Source: an uncultured Planctomycetia bacterium
Lineage (GTDB): Bacteria > Omnitrophota > Gorgyraeia > 2-02-FULL-51-18
Reading direction: 5' to 3'
Length of the DNA: 64,000 bases
Assembly (NCBI GenBank): GCA_964402785.1
Contig: CAYODQ010000002.1
Coordinates: 5,763 to 69,762, forward strand
Part shown: piece after piece, positions 19,298-31,965 of the stretch
Layout: every line of letters starts with the position of its first letter
How positions within the stretch are numbered: position 1 is the first letter of the stretch
Notes under the pieces: model-generated
What the model was told of the DNA's origin: nothing
What the model saw: only the letters and a program-made list of their open reading frames with translations
Databases searched by the model: none
Program-made: the position numbers and the translations under genes

Positions 19298-20573
19298 TCT
19301 GGCTGAGCCTCAAGGTCTGCTTTTCGTGAGAACCCACGGACAAAAGAGAAATGGGCACATCGAGCAATTCTGTAAGGCGCTTAAGGTATTTCTTAGCATT
19401 GACGGGAAGCTGCGCGTACTGTTTGACCCCGGACGTATCTTGTCTCCACCCGGCATGTGTTTCATAAACAGGCACGGCCTTTTGCTGCACGGTCAAAGAC
19501 GCAGGAAAATCGCGGTAAAGCTTGCCGCCAAAACGATACCCAACGCAGATCTTGATCTGAGATAGATCATCCAACACATCCAGCTTGGTCACTGCGATCT
19601 CGTTGAGTCCGTTGATCATGCAAGCGTATTTGACCAGCACGGCATCAAACCATCCACAGCGCCGGGGCCGGCCCGTGGTTGCGCCAAATTCTTTTCCTTT
19701 TTTACGGATCTCTTCCATGAGCTTTGTATCAAACTCCGTAGGAAATGGTCCCTCACCCACACGCGTGGTGTATGCTTTCACAACACCCACCACCTTATCG
19801 ATCGCGTTGGGCGGCACACCTGTGCCCACCGAAGCGCCGCCCGCCGTGACATAGCTGGAGGTCACGTACGGATAGGTGCCATGATCCACATCCAAATGTG
19901 TGCCCTGGGCACCTTCGAACATGATCTTCTTCTTGGCTTTGACAGCTTGATTCAAAAGAACGGCTGTGTCTTGCACATACGGCTTCATGAGACGCCCGTA
20001 TTCAAGATACTGATCATAGATTTCTTTGAATGAAAAAGACTTTCGGCCAAATATCTTCTGGAGCACTTCGTTCTTTTCACGCAATGTACGCGTCAACTTC
20101 TCTCGAAAAGCAGGCTCATCGTAAAGATCCGCCACGCGTATCCCGCAGCGCATCACCTTGTCACCATAACTGGGGCCGATCCCGCGCCCGGTCGTACCGA
20201 TCTTGGTAAAACCTTCTTTGTCCTCACGCAGGCGATCATAAGCGCGATGGTACGGGAAAATAAGGTGAGCACGATCACTCACAAATAGCCGGCCCTTCAC
20301 AGAGATCTTTTTAGACTCGAGCTCTTTGATCTCTGAGATCAGGGCTTCGGGATCTACCACGACACCATTGCCGATCACGCATTTAACTTTGGGATGAAAG
20401 ATCCCGGATGGAATAAGGTGCAGGACAAATTCGCCGCATTCTTTGATAACGGTGTGCCCCGCATTGTTGCCGCCTTGGTATCGCACCACCACATCGACAT
20501 CCTTGGAAAGAATATCGATGATCTTTCCTTTGCCTTCATCGCCCCATTGGGCACCCACCACAACAATATTCAT
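19278..20573 (-). CDS. purA: adenylosuccinate synthetase
   Basis: MNIVVVGAQWGDEGKGKIID P-loop at the N-terminus. 431 aa. Confidence 0.95.
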   Translation of the reverse strand: MNIVVVGAQWGDEGKGKIIDILSKDVDVVVRYQGGNNAGHTVIKECGEFVLHLIPSGIFHPKVKCVIGNGVVVDPEALISEIKELESKKISVKGRLFVSDRAHLIFPYHRAYDRLREDKEGFTKIGTTGRGIGPSYGDKVMRCGIRVADLYDEPAFREKLTRTLREKNEVLQKIFGRKSFSFKEIYDQYLEYGRLMKPYVQDTAVLLNQAVKAKKKIMFEGAQGTHLDVDHGTYPYVTSSYVTAGGASVGTGVPPNAIDKVVGVVKAYTTRVGEGPFPTEFDTKLMEEIRKKGKEFGATTGRPRRCGWFDAVLVKYACMINGLNEIAVTKLDVLDDLSQIKICVGYRFGGKLYRDFPASLTVQQKAVPVYETHAGWRQDTSGVKQYAQLPVNAKKYLKRLTELLDVPISLLSVGSHEKQTLRLSQSARRVR

Positions 20574-20581
20574 TTTTATCC

Positions 20582-20644
20582 TTTAAACATAGTAGGGGCG
20601 GGCCTCGTGCCCGCCCACAAAAACGAGGGCACCCGTAAAGGGCG
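20582..20644. repeat. ~60-nt palindromic repeat element (second copy of the GTAGGGGC...GCCCCTAC family), between purA and serA
   Basis: gtaggggcgggcctcgtgcccgcccacaaaaacgagggcacccgtaaagggcgcccctac. Outer 8-9 bp stem and inner perfect stem GGGCGGGC/GCCCGCCC. Aligns along its whole length with 4012-4067. Confidence 0.55.
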
Positions 20645-20661
20645 CCCCTACGATAAACGCA

Positions 20662-22278
20662 TTACAGTTTAATTAACTTCGCATCCAATATATTCTTTGA
20701 CTGCCGGATCTGCTTCATCAGGTCGTCGGATATAGCGCTATCGATCTTGAGAAGAGTCTTAGCATGCCCCCCGGGAAGATCCCTTCCGAGTGTCATGCCG
20801 GCAATGTTCACGTGATTGGAACCCAAAAGTGTACCGATCTGCCCAACAATGCCTGGTACGTCATTGTTCGAGATTAGAAGCAAATACCCCTCCGGAACCG
20901 CTTCGACATTGTAGTTATCGATCGTAACGATACGAATATCTTCTCGGGAGATCACGGAGCCCGCGATACGCGTCTGTTTTTTATCTGTACGAATATCCAC
21001 TTGTAGCAAATTGGCATAATGTGCCGCCGTCGATGATTTGGACTCGGTCACCTTGACGCCTCGTTCTTTTGCCAAAACTGCCGCGTTCACATAATTCACA
21101 TTTTCGGCTAACATCGGCGTCAGCAGACCCTTCAAGAAAGCGACTGTGATCGGAGTTGTTTCACAGTCCGCTGCTTGGCCGGAATAGTGGATATCAGCCT
21201 GAAGAAGCTGCCCATCGATCAGCTGAGCCGCAAAAAGCCCCAGCTTTTCACTGAGAGAAATATAAGGCCTGATCTGATCCAATACCTCTGGATCCACAAA
21301 AGGAATATTGACCGCATTTTTGGAGCCCTTGCCATTCAAATAGTCGATGATGCTCTGCGCCACATCCACGGCCACCGCGATCTGAGCCTCTTCTGTGGAG
21401 GCGCCCTGATGAGGAGTGGCTACGATCTGCGGCAATTTAAAAAGTTCATGATCCTTTGGAGGGGGCTCAGACTCGAACACATCGAGCGCGGCACCCGCCA
21501 CCTGACCCGACCGGATGGCTTCCGCCAAAGCCTTCTCATCAATCAAACCACCACGCGCGCAATTGACGATACGAACGCCTTTTTTCATTTTCTTGAATTG
21601 TGCTTCTCCCAGCATATTTTTATTTTCAGCTGTTAGCGGCAAGTGCAGTGTAATAAAATCAGATTTTTTCAACACTTCTTCGATGGATACGGCTTCAACG
21701 CCCATTTGAAGTGCCTTCTCCGCCCTCAAGAACGGATCATAAGCGATCACGCGCATCCCAAAAGCCTGTGCACGTTTGGCAACCTCTGAGCCGATGCGGC
21801 CCAACCCCAACACACCCAAAGTTTTTTCATAAAGCTCTACACCGGTGAATTTTTTACGCTCCCATTCCCCACGCTTGACGGAATTAGAAGCTTCGGGGAT
21901 ATTGCGCGCCATGGCCATGAGCAAACAAAATGCCAGCTCTGCAGCGGATATGGTGTTGCCGCCAGGAGTATTTACGACAACAATACCCCTTTTGGAAGCC
22001 GCTTCTACATCGACGTTGTCCAATCCGACACCTGCACGACCCACAACCTTGAGCTGCTTGGCAGCAGCGATCACTTCGGCTGTTATTTGAGTGCCAGAGC
22101 GTACGACACAGGCATCGGCATCGGCAATATTCTTCTTGAGCTCATCTAAAGGCTGCTTGAGTTTGATCACAAGCTCTACGTTCTTCTGATCCCGGAATAC
22201 CTTGAGACCCTCTTCCGAGAGATCGTCGCAAACCAAGATCTTAAAAGTAGATTTTTTTGTCGATACCATAGTCGTCAT
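20662..22278 (-). CDS. serA: D-3-phosphoglycerate dehydrogenase with C-terminal ACT domain
   Basis: 2-hydroxyacid dehydrogenase motifs (GVLGLGRIGSEVAKRA). Likely start at MTTMVSTKK (22278), which avoids overlap with the upstream aminotransferase gene; the longer ORF reaches 22398. Confidence 0.9.
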   Translation of the reverse strand: MTTMVSTKKSTFKILVCDDLSEEGLKVFRDQKNVELVIKLKQPLDELKKNIADADACVVRSGTQITAEVIAAAKQLKVVGRAGVGLDNVDVEAASKRGIVVVNTPGGNTISAAELAFCLLMAMARNIPEASNSVKRGEWERKKFTGVELYEKTLGVLGLGRIGSEVAKRAQAFGMRVIAYDPFLRAEKALQMGVEAVSIEEVLKKSDFITLHLPLTAENKNMLGEAQFKKMKKGVRIVNCARGGLIDEKALAEAIRSGQVAGAALDVFESEPPPKDHELFKLPQIVATPHQGASTEEAQIAVAVDVAQSIIDYLNGKGSKNAVNIPFVDPEVLDQIRPYISLSEKLGLFAAQLIDGQLLQADIHYSGQAADCETTPITVAFLKGLLTPMLAENVNYVNAAVLAKERGVKVTESKSSTAAHYANLLQVDIRTDKKQTRIAGSVISREDIRIVTIDNYNVEAVPEGYLLLISNNDVPGIVGQIGTLLGSNHVNIAGMTLGRDLPGGHAKTLLKIDSAISDDLMKQIRQSKNILDAKLIKL

Positions 22279-22298
22279 GTCTTCACCATTCCTGATTT

Positions 22299-23414
22299 TC
22301 AGACGCTGGATGCAGCCAGTGCTTGGATTTTGTAGCCCTTCTTGGTCATAGCGTCTGCAAACGCATTCCACCCACGCTGAGCATCTTGACGTGTGCAAGC
22401 AAAACCCATGTGTGCAAAACGCACCAGCTTGCCCTGCAACTCACCTTGTCCATCCGCCATCACAACATAATGTTCATCGCGCATGATCTTGATCACGTCG
22501 CCCGATGCCACACCCTCCGGCATCACGATCGCAGTGAGGCCGCTGGATGGGGCCTTGGCAAACAGCTTGAGGCCTGAAGCTTCGACCTGTTTGCGAACCC
22601 AAGCCGCCACATCCGCATGACGCTTCCAAACATTTTCCATGCCTTCATCCAGAAGCATTTGCATTGCCACTTCCATGCCTCGGATCAAACTCACGGCTGG
22701 CGTATAAGGCGTATCATTTTTCTTAAGCGTCTTGAGCGCATCGGCAAACGTAAAATAGTACTTGGGTAGATCGGACTTGGAAATAGCTGCCTGTGCACGC
22801 TCGCCTAGAGCAACATACGCCAGACCCGGAGGCAACATCAACCCCTTTTGGCTCCCGCACACGACCACATCCACTCCCCACTCATCCATCCGAAGCGGAT
22901 CACAAGCTAGACCGCTGATGGCATCCACAAACAACATGGTGCCTGATTTACGCGTAAGCTCCGCGATTTGTTGTACGGGATGCATCACAGCCGTGGAGGT
23001 TTCGCACAAAGCGATCAAAACAGCTTTGGCATTGGGGTGCTTCTTTAATGTCTCCTCGACTTTATGAATATCAAACGTCTCGCCATATGGCAGTGAGATC
23101 TCAACCAAATTCATGCCATAAATTTTTGCGATATCACGATAGCGCTCGCCCCATTTACCGGCATTGAGCGAGATCACCGTATCCCCCTTGGAAAGAAGGT
23201 TGGTGATGGTTCCCTCCATCGCTCCCGTACCAGAGGCAGCAAAATAAAGAACAGGGTGCTTTGTCGCAAACACCTTAGGCAACATGCCATTCACCCGCTC
23301 CAAAACAGCCTGAAACTCTTTGGTGCGATGGTGGATGATAGGGATCGCGGTCGCGTCTAAAATCTTCTTGGGCACATTGGTGGGCCCCGGAGTTAATAAC
23401 AAATAATCTTTCAT
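22299..23414 (-). CDS. class V (AGXT/SGAT-type) aminotransferase, probable phosphoserine aminotransferase
   Basis: LLTPGPTNVP N-terminus and SQKGLMLPPGLA PLP-lysine motif. Directly upstream of serA. Confidence 0.7.
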   Translation of the reverse strand: MKDYLLLTPGPTNVPKKILDATAIPIIHHRTKEFQAVLERVNGMLPKVFATKHPVLYFAASGTGAMEGTITNLLSKGDTVISLNAGKWGERYRDIAKIYGMNLVEISLPYGETFDIHKVEETLKKHPNAKAVLIALCETSTAVMHPVQQIAELTRKSGTMLFVDAISGLACDPLRMDEWGVDVVVCGSQKGLMLPPGLAYVALGERAQAAISKSDLPKYYFTFADALKTLKKNDTPYTPAVSLIRGMEVAMQMLLDEGMENVWKRHADVAAWVRKQVEASGLKLFAKAPSSGLTAIVMPEGVASGDVIKIMRDEHYVVMADGQGELQGKLVRFAHMGFACTRQDAQRGWNAFADAMTKKGYKIQALAASSV

Positions 23415-23423
23415 ATACCTATC

Positions 23424-24023
23424 CTATTTTTTAATGGTTGGTATCTTGGAAACGACATCGTCCACGATGCCATAAGCTTTGGACTCTTCGGCCGACATAA
23501 AATAATCCCGGTCCGTGTCCTTTTCGATACGCGAAACATCCTGACCCGTGTGTTTGGCCAAGATCTTGTTCAGCTTCTCTTTCATGCCCTGTATCTCGCG
23601 CGCTTGGATCTGAATATCCGACGCCACGCCCTGCGCCCCGCCCCAAGGTTGATGGATCATGACACGAGAATTCGGAAGTGAAAATCGCTTGCCCTTGGCA
23701 CCAGCCGCCAAGATCACAGCGCCCATGCTAGCCGCCTGGCCAATACAGTACGTGGCAACATCGCATTTTAAAAATTGGATCGTGTCATAAATTCCGAGGC
23801 CCGCCGTCACCGAACCTCCGGGTGAATTGATATAGAGATGGATGTCTTTTTCAGGATCCTCCATCTGAAGAAAAAGTAGCTGTGCCACGATCAAATTGGC
23901 CACATTGTCGTCAACCGGAGTTCCCAAAAAAAGAACGCGGTCTTTTAAAAGACGAGAATAGATATCGTAAGCTCTTTCGGAGCGGCCGGTCTGTTCGATC
24001 ACCATTGGAACGAGTATGCTCAT
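23424..24023 (-). CDS. clpP: ATP-dependent Clp protease proteolytic subunit
   Basis: 199 aa. [14 protein letters not shown] catalytic-Ser region and RVMIHQP. Confidence 0.95.
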   Translation of the reverse strand: MSILVPMVIEQTGRSERAYDIYSRLLKDRVLFLGTPVDDNVANLIVAQLLFLQMEDPEKDIHLYINSPGGSVTAGLGIYDTIQFLKCDVATYCIGQAASMGAVILAAGAKGKRFSLPNSRVMIHQPWGGAQGVASDIQIQAREIQGMKEKLNKILAKHTGQDVSRIEKDTDRDYFMSAEESKAYGIVDDVVSKIPTIKK

Positions 24024-24038
24024 GGATAAAGCTCCTTG

Positions 24039-25262
24039 TTATTTTTCTTCGTCAAATTTAGCGTTGGCGATCAAAAAATCGATCGTTTGTTTTTCCTGAA
24101 TACTTTCACGTAGATCATCTTCAAAAACGCGTCTCACTTCATCGATCGGACGCTGTGACTGCTCGGCGATGGCTTTGAGGCGCGCTTCCAAGGCCAGCTC
24201 ATCCAACTCGATCTTCTCTTCATCCGCGATCGTCTGCAGGATGAAATAGAGCTTCACCTGCTCTTTTGCTTTTTTGTCATAGTCTGCGTCATGCGCTTTC
24301 ATTTCAGAGACCCACTCAGTCTCTGGGTAGCCCGCTTGCAAGAAACGCCGCCGAGCCTGCTCAAACAATCGTTCTTTCTGCTTTTCTACAAGGCTCTCCG
24401 GTAAAGGAAATTGAGACATACCCAAAAGCTTTTCAAATAACTCCTGCTTCATTTTTTCAACGGATGCGCTGTGTTTTTGGGCTGCGATATCTTTACGAAC
24501 AGCCGCCTTGAGATCATCTACGCTTTCCATGCCGTACAGCTTGGCAAATTCGATATCAAGCGCCGGAGACTTGCGCTCATGTATCTCGCGCAACGTCACG
24601 CGCGTAAAAGGCTTACCATCCCGTGAGATCTCTTTGATCTCCCCCAAAGATGCGCCCACAACCTTGGCGTGGAAATCATCCTCGTCGCTTGGTTTTACAG
24701 ACAAAAGAACTCCGGTGCGCCCCTGAATATATTCATCGCCCTGTTTCAGCTCAATATCCACCAAAACAAAATCACCATCTGCGATCACACGCTTTTCGGT
24801 GATCGGTGTAAATGTGGCACGCTGATCCAAAAGTGACTGCATCCCATTTTCCATATCCTGATCGGTGACATCCGCTGACTCGCGCTTAAGCTTGATACCT
24901 TTATAGTTCTTGATCGAAACCTTGGGAGACTCTTCAAATTCGGCACTAAAAGAGAGGTTTTTGCCCCTCTCGTACTGAATATCCGAGATCTTCGGCAAAG
25001 ATACGGGCTCTACTTTTTGAGTTTGTACGGATTTGTAATAAACTTCAGGGATGTAGGCCTTTAGCAGCTCTTCGCGGGCTTCAGCATTGTAACGCTTTTC
25101 AACCATATCGATAGGCGCCTTACCCTCGCGAAAACCCGGTAGGCGTGCTTGTTTCTGAAAATCCCTCAGCACTTCTTGAAAACGACTCTCCACATCACGG
25201 GCTTCTACTTCTACCTTCATATGGATCGTACAATCCTTGACCTTCTTCAAATTAACTTTCAC
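24039..25262 (-). CDS. tig: trigger factor
   Basis: 407 aa immediately upstream of clpP, in the conserved tig-clpP order. Central PPIase-like region. Confidence 0.9.
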   Translation of the reverse strand: MKVNLKKVKDCTIHMKVEVEARDVESRFQEVLRDFQKQARLPGFREGKAPIDMVEKRYNAEAREELLKAYIPEVYYKSVQTQKVEPVSLPKISDIQYERGKNLSFSAEFEESPKVSIKNYKGIKLKRESADVTDQDMENGMQSLLDQRATFTPITEKRVIADGDFVLVDIELKQGDEYIQGRTGVLLSVKPSDEDDFHAKVVGASLGEIKEISRDGKPFTRVTLREIHERKSPALDIEFAKLYGMESVDDLKAAVRKDIAAQKHSASVEKMKQELFEKLLGMSQFPLPESLVEKQKERLFEQARRRFLQAGYPETEWVSEMKAHDADYDKKAKEQVKLYFILQTIADEEKIELDELALEARLKAIAEQSQRPIDEVRRVFEDDLRESIQEKQTIDFLIANAKFDEEK

Positions 25263-25323
25263 GTGCGTAACCTTTCTTAAAATCGCCGATCTATCAGATC
25301 ATCCAAGGACGATACAAGATCAA

Positions 25324-25668
25324 CTAATCTGTGTCTGACTCTTTGGGCTCTTTGGTAGTTTTAACTGCGTAACGACGAGCCTTGTGATCTTTAACGCGGT
25401 CATGTTTGCGTCCCAGCTGAAGCTGCACCACGCCAAAGCACTTGTCAAAAGCAGCGTACATATCTTCGCTTTGCTCGGTCGCCGAAAAACGCATATTCTT
25501 GCCAAGCAATGAAATCTCGGCCATATGCCGGATCTTTTGCACTTCCAAAACAACGTGCACCGACTCGATTTTAAGCGAGTATTTATCGAGCTTAAGGATC
25601 TTCTCTGTGATGTATTCCTTCAAGGGTTCTGTCACTTTAAAATGACGTCCGCTGATATCAATTTTCAT
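25324..25668 (-). CDS. hpf: ribosome hibernation promoting factor
   Basis: MKIDISGRHFKVTEPLKEYI N-terminus; the longer ORF to 25707 is probably an upstream extension. Directly downstream of lptB. Confidence 0.85.
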   Translation of the reverse strand: MKIDISGRHFKVTEPLKEYITEKILKLDKYSLKIESVHVVLEVQKIRHMAEISLLGKNMRFSATEQSEDMYAAFDKCFGVVQLQLGRKHDRVKDHKARRYAVKTTKEPKESDTD

Positions 25669-25713
25669 GTCGTTTTTCCCTTTCAAAAGACCACCATGAT
25701 ACCACAAGCCAAC

Positions 25714-26436
25714 TTACATTGAAAACTTCTCACCCAGGTATATTTTACGCGCTTCTTTGTTGCTCAGAAGCTCATTTTTGGTACCTGAGATGAGGATCTT
25801 GCCCTCGTACATGATATAAGCGCGATCGGTGATCGAAAGCGTCTCGCGCACATTGTGATCGGTCAAGAGAATGCCCAGACCTTTATTCTTGAGCTCCTTG
25901 ATCAAGTGCTGACAGTCCGATACGGCGATCGGGTCTATTCCAGAAAAAGGTTCATCCAGTAAAATGCAAAGCGGATGCGTCACCAAAGCCCTCGTGATCT
26001 CAAGACGACGTCTCTCACCGCCTGATAACGTGTAGGCTTTAGACTTTCTGAGATGCGCAATACCCAGCTCATTCAAAAGCTCCTCCAAACGCCTCTTGCG
26101 TTCCGGTCTTGGCAGATCCAGTGTCTCCAAAACAGCCATAATATTCTCTTCAACCGTCAGCTTACGGAAAATGGATGGCTCTTGGGAGAGGTACCCAATC
26201 CCCAGCTGAGCACGCTTATGCATCGCGTATGCACTGACATCGCGATGATCAAATAAGATCTGTCCGCTGTCAGGCTTGATAACGCCTGTGACCATATAAA
26301 ACGTGGTGGTCTTACCGGCGCCATTCGGCCCCAAAAGCCCTACGATCTCGCCAGGGTTGATCGAGATATCAACGCCATTCACGACCGCGCGGCCACCGTA
26401 CGACTTTCGTAATTGCCTAGTTTCTAAGAGCGCCAT
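25714..26436 (-). CDS. lptB: LPS export ABC transporter ATP-binding protein
   Basis: 240 aa ABC ATPase. [11 protein letters not shown] Walker [12 protein letters not shown] signature, ILLDEP Walker B. Confidence 0.9.
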   Translation of the reverse strand: MALLETRQLRKSYGGRAVVNGVDISINPGEIVGLLGPNGAGKTTTFYMVTGVIKPDSGQILFDHRDVSAYAMHKRAQLGIGYLSQEPSIFRKLTVEENIMAVLETLDLPRPERKRRLEELLNELGIAHLRKSKAYTLSGGERRRLEITRALVTHPLCILLDEPFSGIDPIAVSDCQHLIKELKNKGLGILLTDHNVRETLSITDRAYIMYEGKILISGTKNELLSNKEARKIYLGEKFSM

Positions 26437-27196
26437 CGATGAGCCCCCTTCCGCCTTGATTCAACGTTATCTCCGGGTTACCTTCCAATCGAATGGAGCC
26501 CGTGTCCACGGAATAGATCGCCCGCTTTGAATGTGTCGTATCCTGATCACGCTCAATGATCACGTTTCCGGTCGCGATGATCTCCTTGATCTTTTTCTCG
26601 GTCGGCTCAAAATGCACGTCCATGCGATTGGCGGTCAAAGTGCCTTTGTCGTCCCGCACCCGAACGCGCCGATAGAACGTCATGATGTTCTGATTGTAAA
26701 ATATTTTAAGCGGTCCCGCACAGGTCAAGCGCGTATTCGGCAAAATGATCATTTCAATATCTCGGTTCAGCTGAAGAAATCCCTCATTGGGCCTGCCATA
26801 GGCACCATGGCCGGTGACTTTGGCATTTTGATGATCGACGTAAACGATAGAGTCGGTTTCAAGTGTACCGCCATCCTGCGACCATTGCACCCGATCCGTC
26901 CGCACGATCGTGTTGTCTCTGAGCTTAAGGGTCACATTTTGATCCAAATAAACCGTTTGGCCGGGATCGACTTTAGCGGTATCCCCCTGCAGATTCCAAG
27001 CAGATTTGCCGCGCTCATCAAAACCCGTTAAGTTGAATTTCTGAAATTGCTGATCCTGGCTGGATTGAACCATCTCTGTCCGGGCGCGCTCTTTTCGCTT
27101 GGCGATCTTCTGAGCTTTATTTTCTGTATAAAAATAAAACAAAGCTGCGAAAATAGTGATCGGCAAAAGAAGAAGCGGAAAATTCTTAAATCTCAT
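26417..27196 (-). CDS. membrane-anchored LptC/LptA (OstA)-family LPS transport protein
   Basis: N-terminal TM helix [18 protein letters not shown] followed by two OstA-like beta-jellyroll regions. It is the only gene in the kdsC to lptB position where E. coli has lptC plus lptA. Confidence 0.55.
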   Translation of the reverse strand: MRFKNFPLLLLPITIFAALFYFYTENKAQKIAKRKERARTEMVQSSQDQQFQKFNLTGFDERGKSAWNLQGDTAKVDPGQTVYLDQNVTLKLRDNTIVRTDRVQWSQDGGTLETDSIVYVDHQNAKVTGHGAYGRPNEGFLQLNRDIEMIILPNTRLTCAGPLKIFYNQNIMTFYRRVRVRDDKGTLTANRMDVHFEPTEKKIKEIIATGNVIIERDQDTTHSKRAIYSVDTGSIRLEGNPEITLNQGGRGLIDGALRN

Positions 27197-27726
27197 CAGC
27201 GAAAATACCTCTCCGTGACCTGCGCCCACTTGCCCTGACTCTTTAAGATCAAATCGATAGCCTCCCGGACGGCTCCGTGCCCACCAGCCCGCTCCGTTAC
27301 GATATGCGCGATACTTTTGATATCCGAAACTGCGTTTCTAACCGCTATAGCAAGGCCGGCTCGTTTCATGGGCGGCAAGTCGATGAGATCATCGCCGATA
27401 TAACACACTTCCTCCGGCCGCAGTTTATATTTTTTAAGAAGCTTCTCGAACACCTTCAGCTTGTCAAAAGCATTCTGAAAGATCTCATCGAATTGCAGCT
27501 CTTTGGATCGGCGTTTGTTGATACGCGATTTTTTCCCGCTCACCATTGCGATCTTGATACCGGCGCGCTTAAGCAAGGTCAGCCCAAAACCATCCTGCAC
27601 GTCAAAAAATTTGAGCTCATCTCCATAGTCACCATAAACGATACGCCCATCCGTCAGAACAGCGTCATTGTCCACGATCACAAGCTTGATATTGGCAATA
27701 CGATCGTTGAGAGCTTGGTCACTCAT
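27196..27726 (-). CDS. kdsC: 3-deoxy-D-manno-octulosonate 8-phosphate phosphatase (HAD)
   Basis: 176 aa HAD family with IKLVIVDNDAVLTDGRI, located between kdsD and lptC. Confidence 0.8.
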   Translation of the reverse strand: MSDQALNDRIANIKLVIVDNDAVLTDGRIVYGDYGDELKFFDVQDGFGLTLLKRAGIKIAMVSGKKSRINKRRSKELQFDEIFQNAFDKLKVFEKLLKKYKLRPEEVCYIGDDLIDLPPMKRAGLAIAVRNAVSDIKSIAHIVTERAGGHGAVREAIDLILKSQGKWAQVTERYFR

Positions 27727-27730
27727 CTTT

Positions 27731-28690
27731 TTATACGATCCCGGCTCTTAAAATATCCTGTACGTCCAGAAGTCCGATCGGCCGCCTTTTTTTATCCACC
27801 ACAGGAACCTCATCGATCTTTTTGCTGCGCAGAAGATCCAGCGCTTCGGCAGCCAAATGGTCACCCGCAATAGCGATCGGATCGGCGGTCATCACACGCT
27901 TGACCGGCTCATCCAGAATACGCTGACCTTCTTTGAGGCGACGCCTTAGATCACCATCCGTGAAGATGCCGACCAATTTACCCTTGCTATCTATCACCGT
28001 AGCCGAGCCGGCACGGGCATCTGTGATCTTGTACAGAACATGCTTCAACTTCATATCGTCTCGAACGATCGGATTGGCTTTGCCTGTGCGCATGATGTCA
28101 GAAACCTTGAGAAGAAGTTTTTTTCCTAAACTCCCTCCGGGATGATAAAACGCAAAATCTTCTGCACGAAAACCTTTTTTCTTAAGAAGTGAGACGGCTA
28201 GCGCATCCCCCAAAACAAGCATCGCGGTCGTAGAGGCTGTCGGCGCCAAATTGTGCGGACACGCCTCTTTTTTGACGCTGACATCCAGCACAGCGTCGCT
28301 ATATTTAGCCAAAAGAGATTTGGTGTTGCCGGTAAAAGCGATCAGCTTGCATCCAATTTTTTTTATGAGAGGAAGCATCTTGATGATCTCTTCGGTTTGA
28401 CCGCTGTTAGAGATTGCAACGACCACATCATCTTTTGTGACGCGGCCCAGATCGCCATGCAGAGCTTCGGCGGGATGCATAAAAAGAGAGGGCGTGCCTG
28501 TTGAAGAAAGTGTAGCGGATATTTTTTGGGCGATGAAACCAGGCTTTCCGATGCCTGTCATCACTACGCGGCCTCTGGACTTTAAAATAATTTCACAGGC
28601 ATTTTCAAAATCACGGCCAACGCGAGACAAAAGAGCCGTGATGGCGTCACGCTCGATCCTGATCACTTGTTTGGCTGTTTCAGCGATCAT
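27731..28690 (-). CDS. kdsD: arabinose-5-phosphate isomerase (SIS + tandem CBS domains)
   Basis: SIS domain (GRVVMTGIGKPGFIAQK) followed by CBS pairs. kds gene neighbourhood. Confidence 0.85.
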   Translation of the reverse strand: MIAETAKQVIRIERDAITALLSRVGRDFENACEIILKSRGRVVMTGIGKPGFIAQKISATLSSTGTPSLFMHPAEALHGDLGRVTKDDVVVAISNSGQTEEIIKMLPLIKKIGCKLIAFTGNTKSLLAKYSDAVLDVSVKKEACPHNLAPTASTTAMLVLGDALAVSLLKKKGFRAEDFAFYHPGGSLGKKLLLKVSDIMRTGKANPIVRDDMKLKHVLYKITDARAGSATVIDSKGKLVGIFTDGDLRRRLKEGQRILDEPVKRVMTADPIAIAGDHLAAEALDLLRSKKIDEVPVVDKKRRPIGLLDVQDILRAGIV

Positions 28691-29558
28691 GTCGGACGAT
28701 CTCGCTCAGTTTAAGCAGCCTCGTCAGGAGCTTTTCGAGCTCGGAAAGCTTGACCATATTAGGCCCGTCGCTTGGCGCATGATCTGGATCTTCGTGAACC
28801 TCCATAAAAACACCGTCCACACCGGCCACCACTCCCGCTTGGGCCAATGTCGGCACAAAGCGCCTATCTCCACCTGAGCTGGTGCCGCGACCGCCCGGCT
28901 GCTGAACCGAATGCGTGGCATCAAAAATAACCGGATAGCCGTATTCACGCATGATCGGGATCGACCTAAAATCATTCACCAAAGTGTTGTAACCAAAAAA
29001 TGTGCCTCGCTCCGTAAGCATCACCCTAGAATTTCCGGTCGACGCCACCTTATCGGCGACATTTCCCATCTCCCAGGGCGCTAAAAATTGGCCCTTTTTG
29101 ACATTGACCACTTTTCCTGTGTGGCCGGCGGCTAAAAGAAGATCTGTTTGGCGGCATAAAAATGCAGGGATCTGAAGCACGTCGGCAACTTTTGCTGCAG
29201 CCCGCGCTTCCTCGGGACTATGGACGTCAGTAAGAATCGGCAGCCCTGTCTCTTTTTTGACCGTAGCCAAAATAGACATGCCATCTTGTAAGCCTAGGCC
29301 CCTAAACGAAGACATGGAGCTGCGATTGGCTTTATCGTAACTGGATTTATAGATCAAGGGCATCTTGAGGCGTTTTGTGATCTTCTGGATGGCTTTGGCA
29401 TGGCGGATGGCACTTTTTTCATTTTCGACCACACACGGACCGGCAATCAAAACCAAAGGATGTTGTCCGCCAATCAAAATATTGGCCAATTTGACGATTT
29501 TTTGTTCGGAGTTTGGAGTTCGGAGTTCGGAGGTTTTATTTTTTTTAATACTTTTCAT
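28680..29558 (-). CDS. kdsA: 2-dehydro-3-deoxyphosphooctonate aldolase (Kdo8P synthase)
   Basis: QKIVKLANILIGGQHPLVLIAGPCVVEN aligns to the E. coli KdsA N-terminus. The first ~18 codons (MKSIKKNKTSELRTPNSE) are encoded by the repeat hairpin, and the ATG sits in the hairpin loop. Confidence 0.85.
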   Translation of the reverse strand: MKSIKKNKTSELRTPNSEQKIVKLANILIGGQHPLVLIAGPCVVENEKSAIRHAKAIQKITKRLKMPLIYKSSYDKANRSSMSSFRGLGLQDGMSILATVKKETGLPILTDVHSPEEARAAAKVADVLQIPAFLCRQTDLLLAAGHTGKVVNVKKGQFLAPWEMGNVADKVASTGNSRVMLTERGTFFGYNTLVNDFRSIPIMREYGYPVIFDATHSVQQPGGRGTSSGGDRRFVPTLAQAGVVAGVDGVFMEVHEDPDHAPSDGPNMVKLSELEKLLTRLLKLSEIVRHDR

Positions 29559-29596
29559 CTAACACGTCTCCCAACTCCGAACTCCCTACTCCGAAC
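29504..29596. repeat. long imperfect hairpin built from GTTCGGA heptamer tandem repeats, spanning the pyrG/kdsA junction
   Basis: Left arm gttcggagtttggagttcggagttcggagg. 37-nt T-rich loop holding the kdsA ATG. Right arm ccaactccgaactccctactccgaac. Confidence 0.6.
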
Positions 29597-29602
29597 TTCA
29601 TT

Positions 29603-31958
<2,356 letters not shown>

Positions 31959-31965
31959 CGCTCCT

